This document shows, in pieces, positions 64,000 to 64,000 of a DNA stretch of 64,000 bases; the stretch's first letter is position 1; every line of letters begins with the position of its first letter. The notes beneath the pieces are model-generated. The model worked only from the letters and a program-made list of their open reading frames with translations. It made no database searches and was not told where the DNA came from. The DNA lies in IMG/VR virus record IMGVR_UViG_3300028025_000092; one strand, written 5' to 3'. The DNA comes from a virus. Position numbers and translations under genes: made by a program.

Positions 64000-64000
64000 A

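Noticed and set aside
1-64000. Stop-codon reassignment (code 15 or 4) as in some large Bacteroidota phages
   Set aside because: Conserved genes are full length under code 11 and coding density is high; TAG and TGA both end genes at sensible positions.
1-64000. tRNA or rRNA genes
   Set aside because: Intergenic gaps are short and no cloverleaf or T-loop signature was recognised by eye; a tRNAscan-SE run would be needed to be certain.

Overview
This 64 kb window is a segment of a large, AT-rich, T4-related (jumbo-type) myophage genome in the standard genetic code, almost entirely on the + strand. It holds the morphogenesis core: gp15, gp14 with a LamG-like extension, gp16/gp17 terminase, gp18 sheath, TWO gp19 tube paralogs, a gp26/gp51-like pair, gp4, gp2, TWO gp20 portal paralogs, a gp21 protease-scaffold fusion and gp23 capsid. 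It also carries Gly-Ser/Thr collagen-like fibres, replication and repair genes (gp46, ligase, gp44/gp62, RNase H, NEIL1-like glycosylase, degenerate UvsE, exonucleases), nucleotide metabolism genes (dCMP deaminase, GMP kinase, P-loop kinase plus AsnB) and two sigma factors (gp55-like and ECF-like). Two promoter classes are visible. A recurrent late-type GATATATA box lies before virion genes. Bacteroidota-type TAnnTTTG boxes lie before DNA-metabolism blocks, and with the A-rich, mostly SD-less starts they suggest a Bacteroidota host. The most notable signals are: (1) a family of late genes with T4-internal-protein-like capsid-targeting N-termini, including a nucleotidyltransferase, PG-binding proteins, a hyper-acidic protein and a neighbouring RimK-RimB fusion; (2) tandem portal and tube paralogs; (3) a prfB-like CTT-TGA +1 frameshift candidate joining gp26 and gp51; (4) a probable nested scaffold gene inside gp21; (5) two adjacent pseudo-enzymes. 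All homology calls come from motif recognition by eye; no searches were run.
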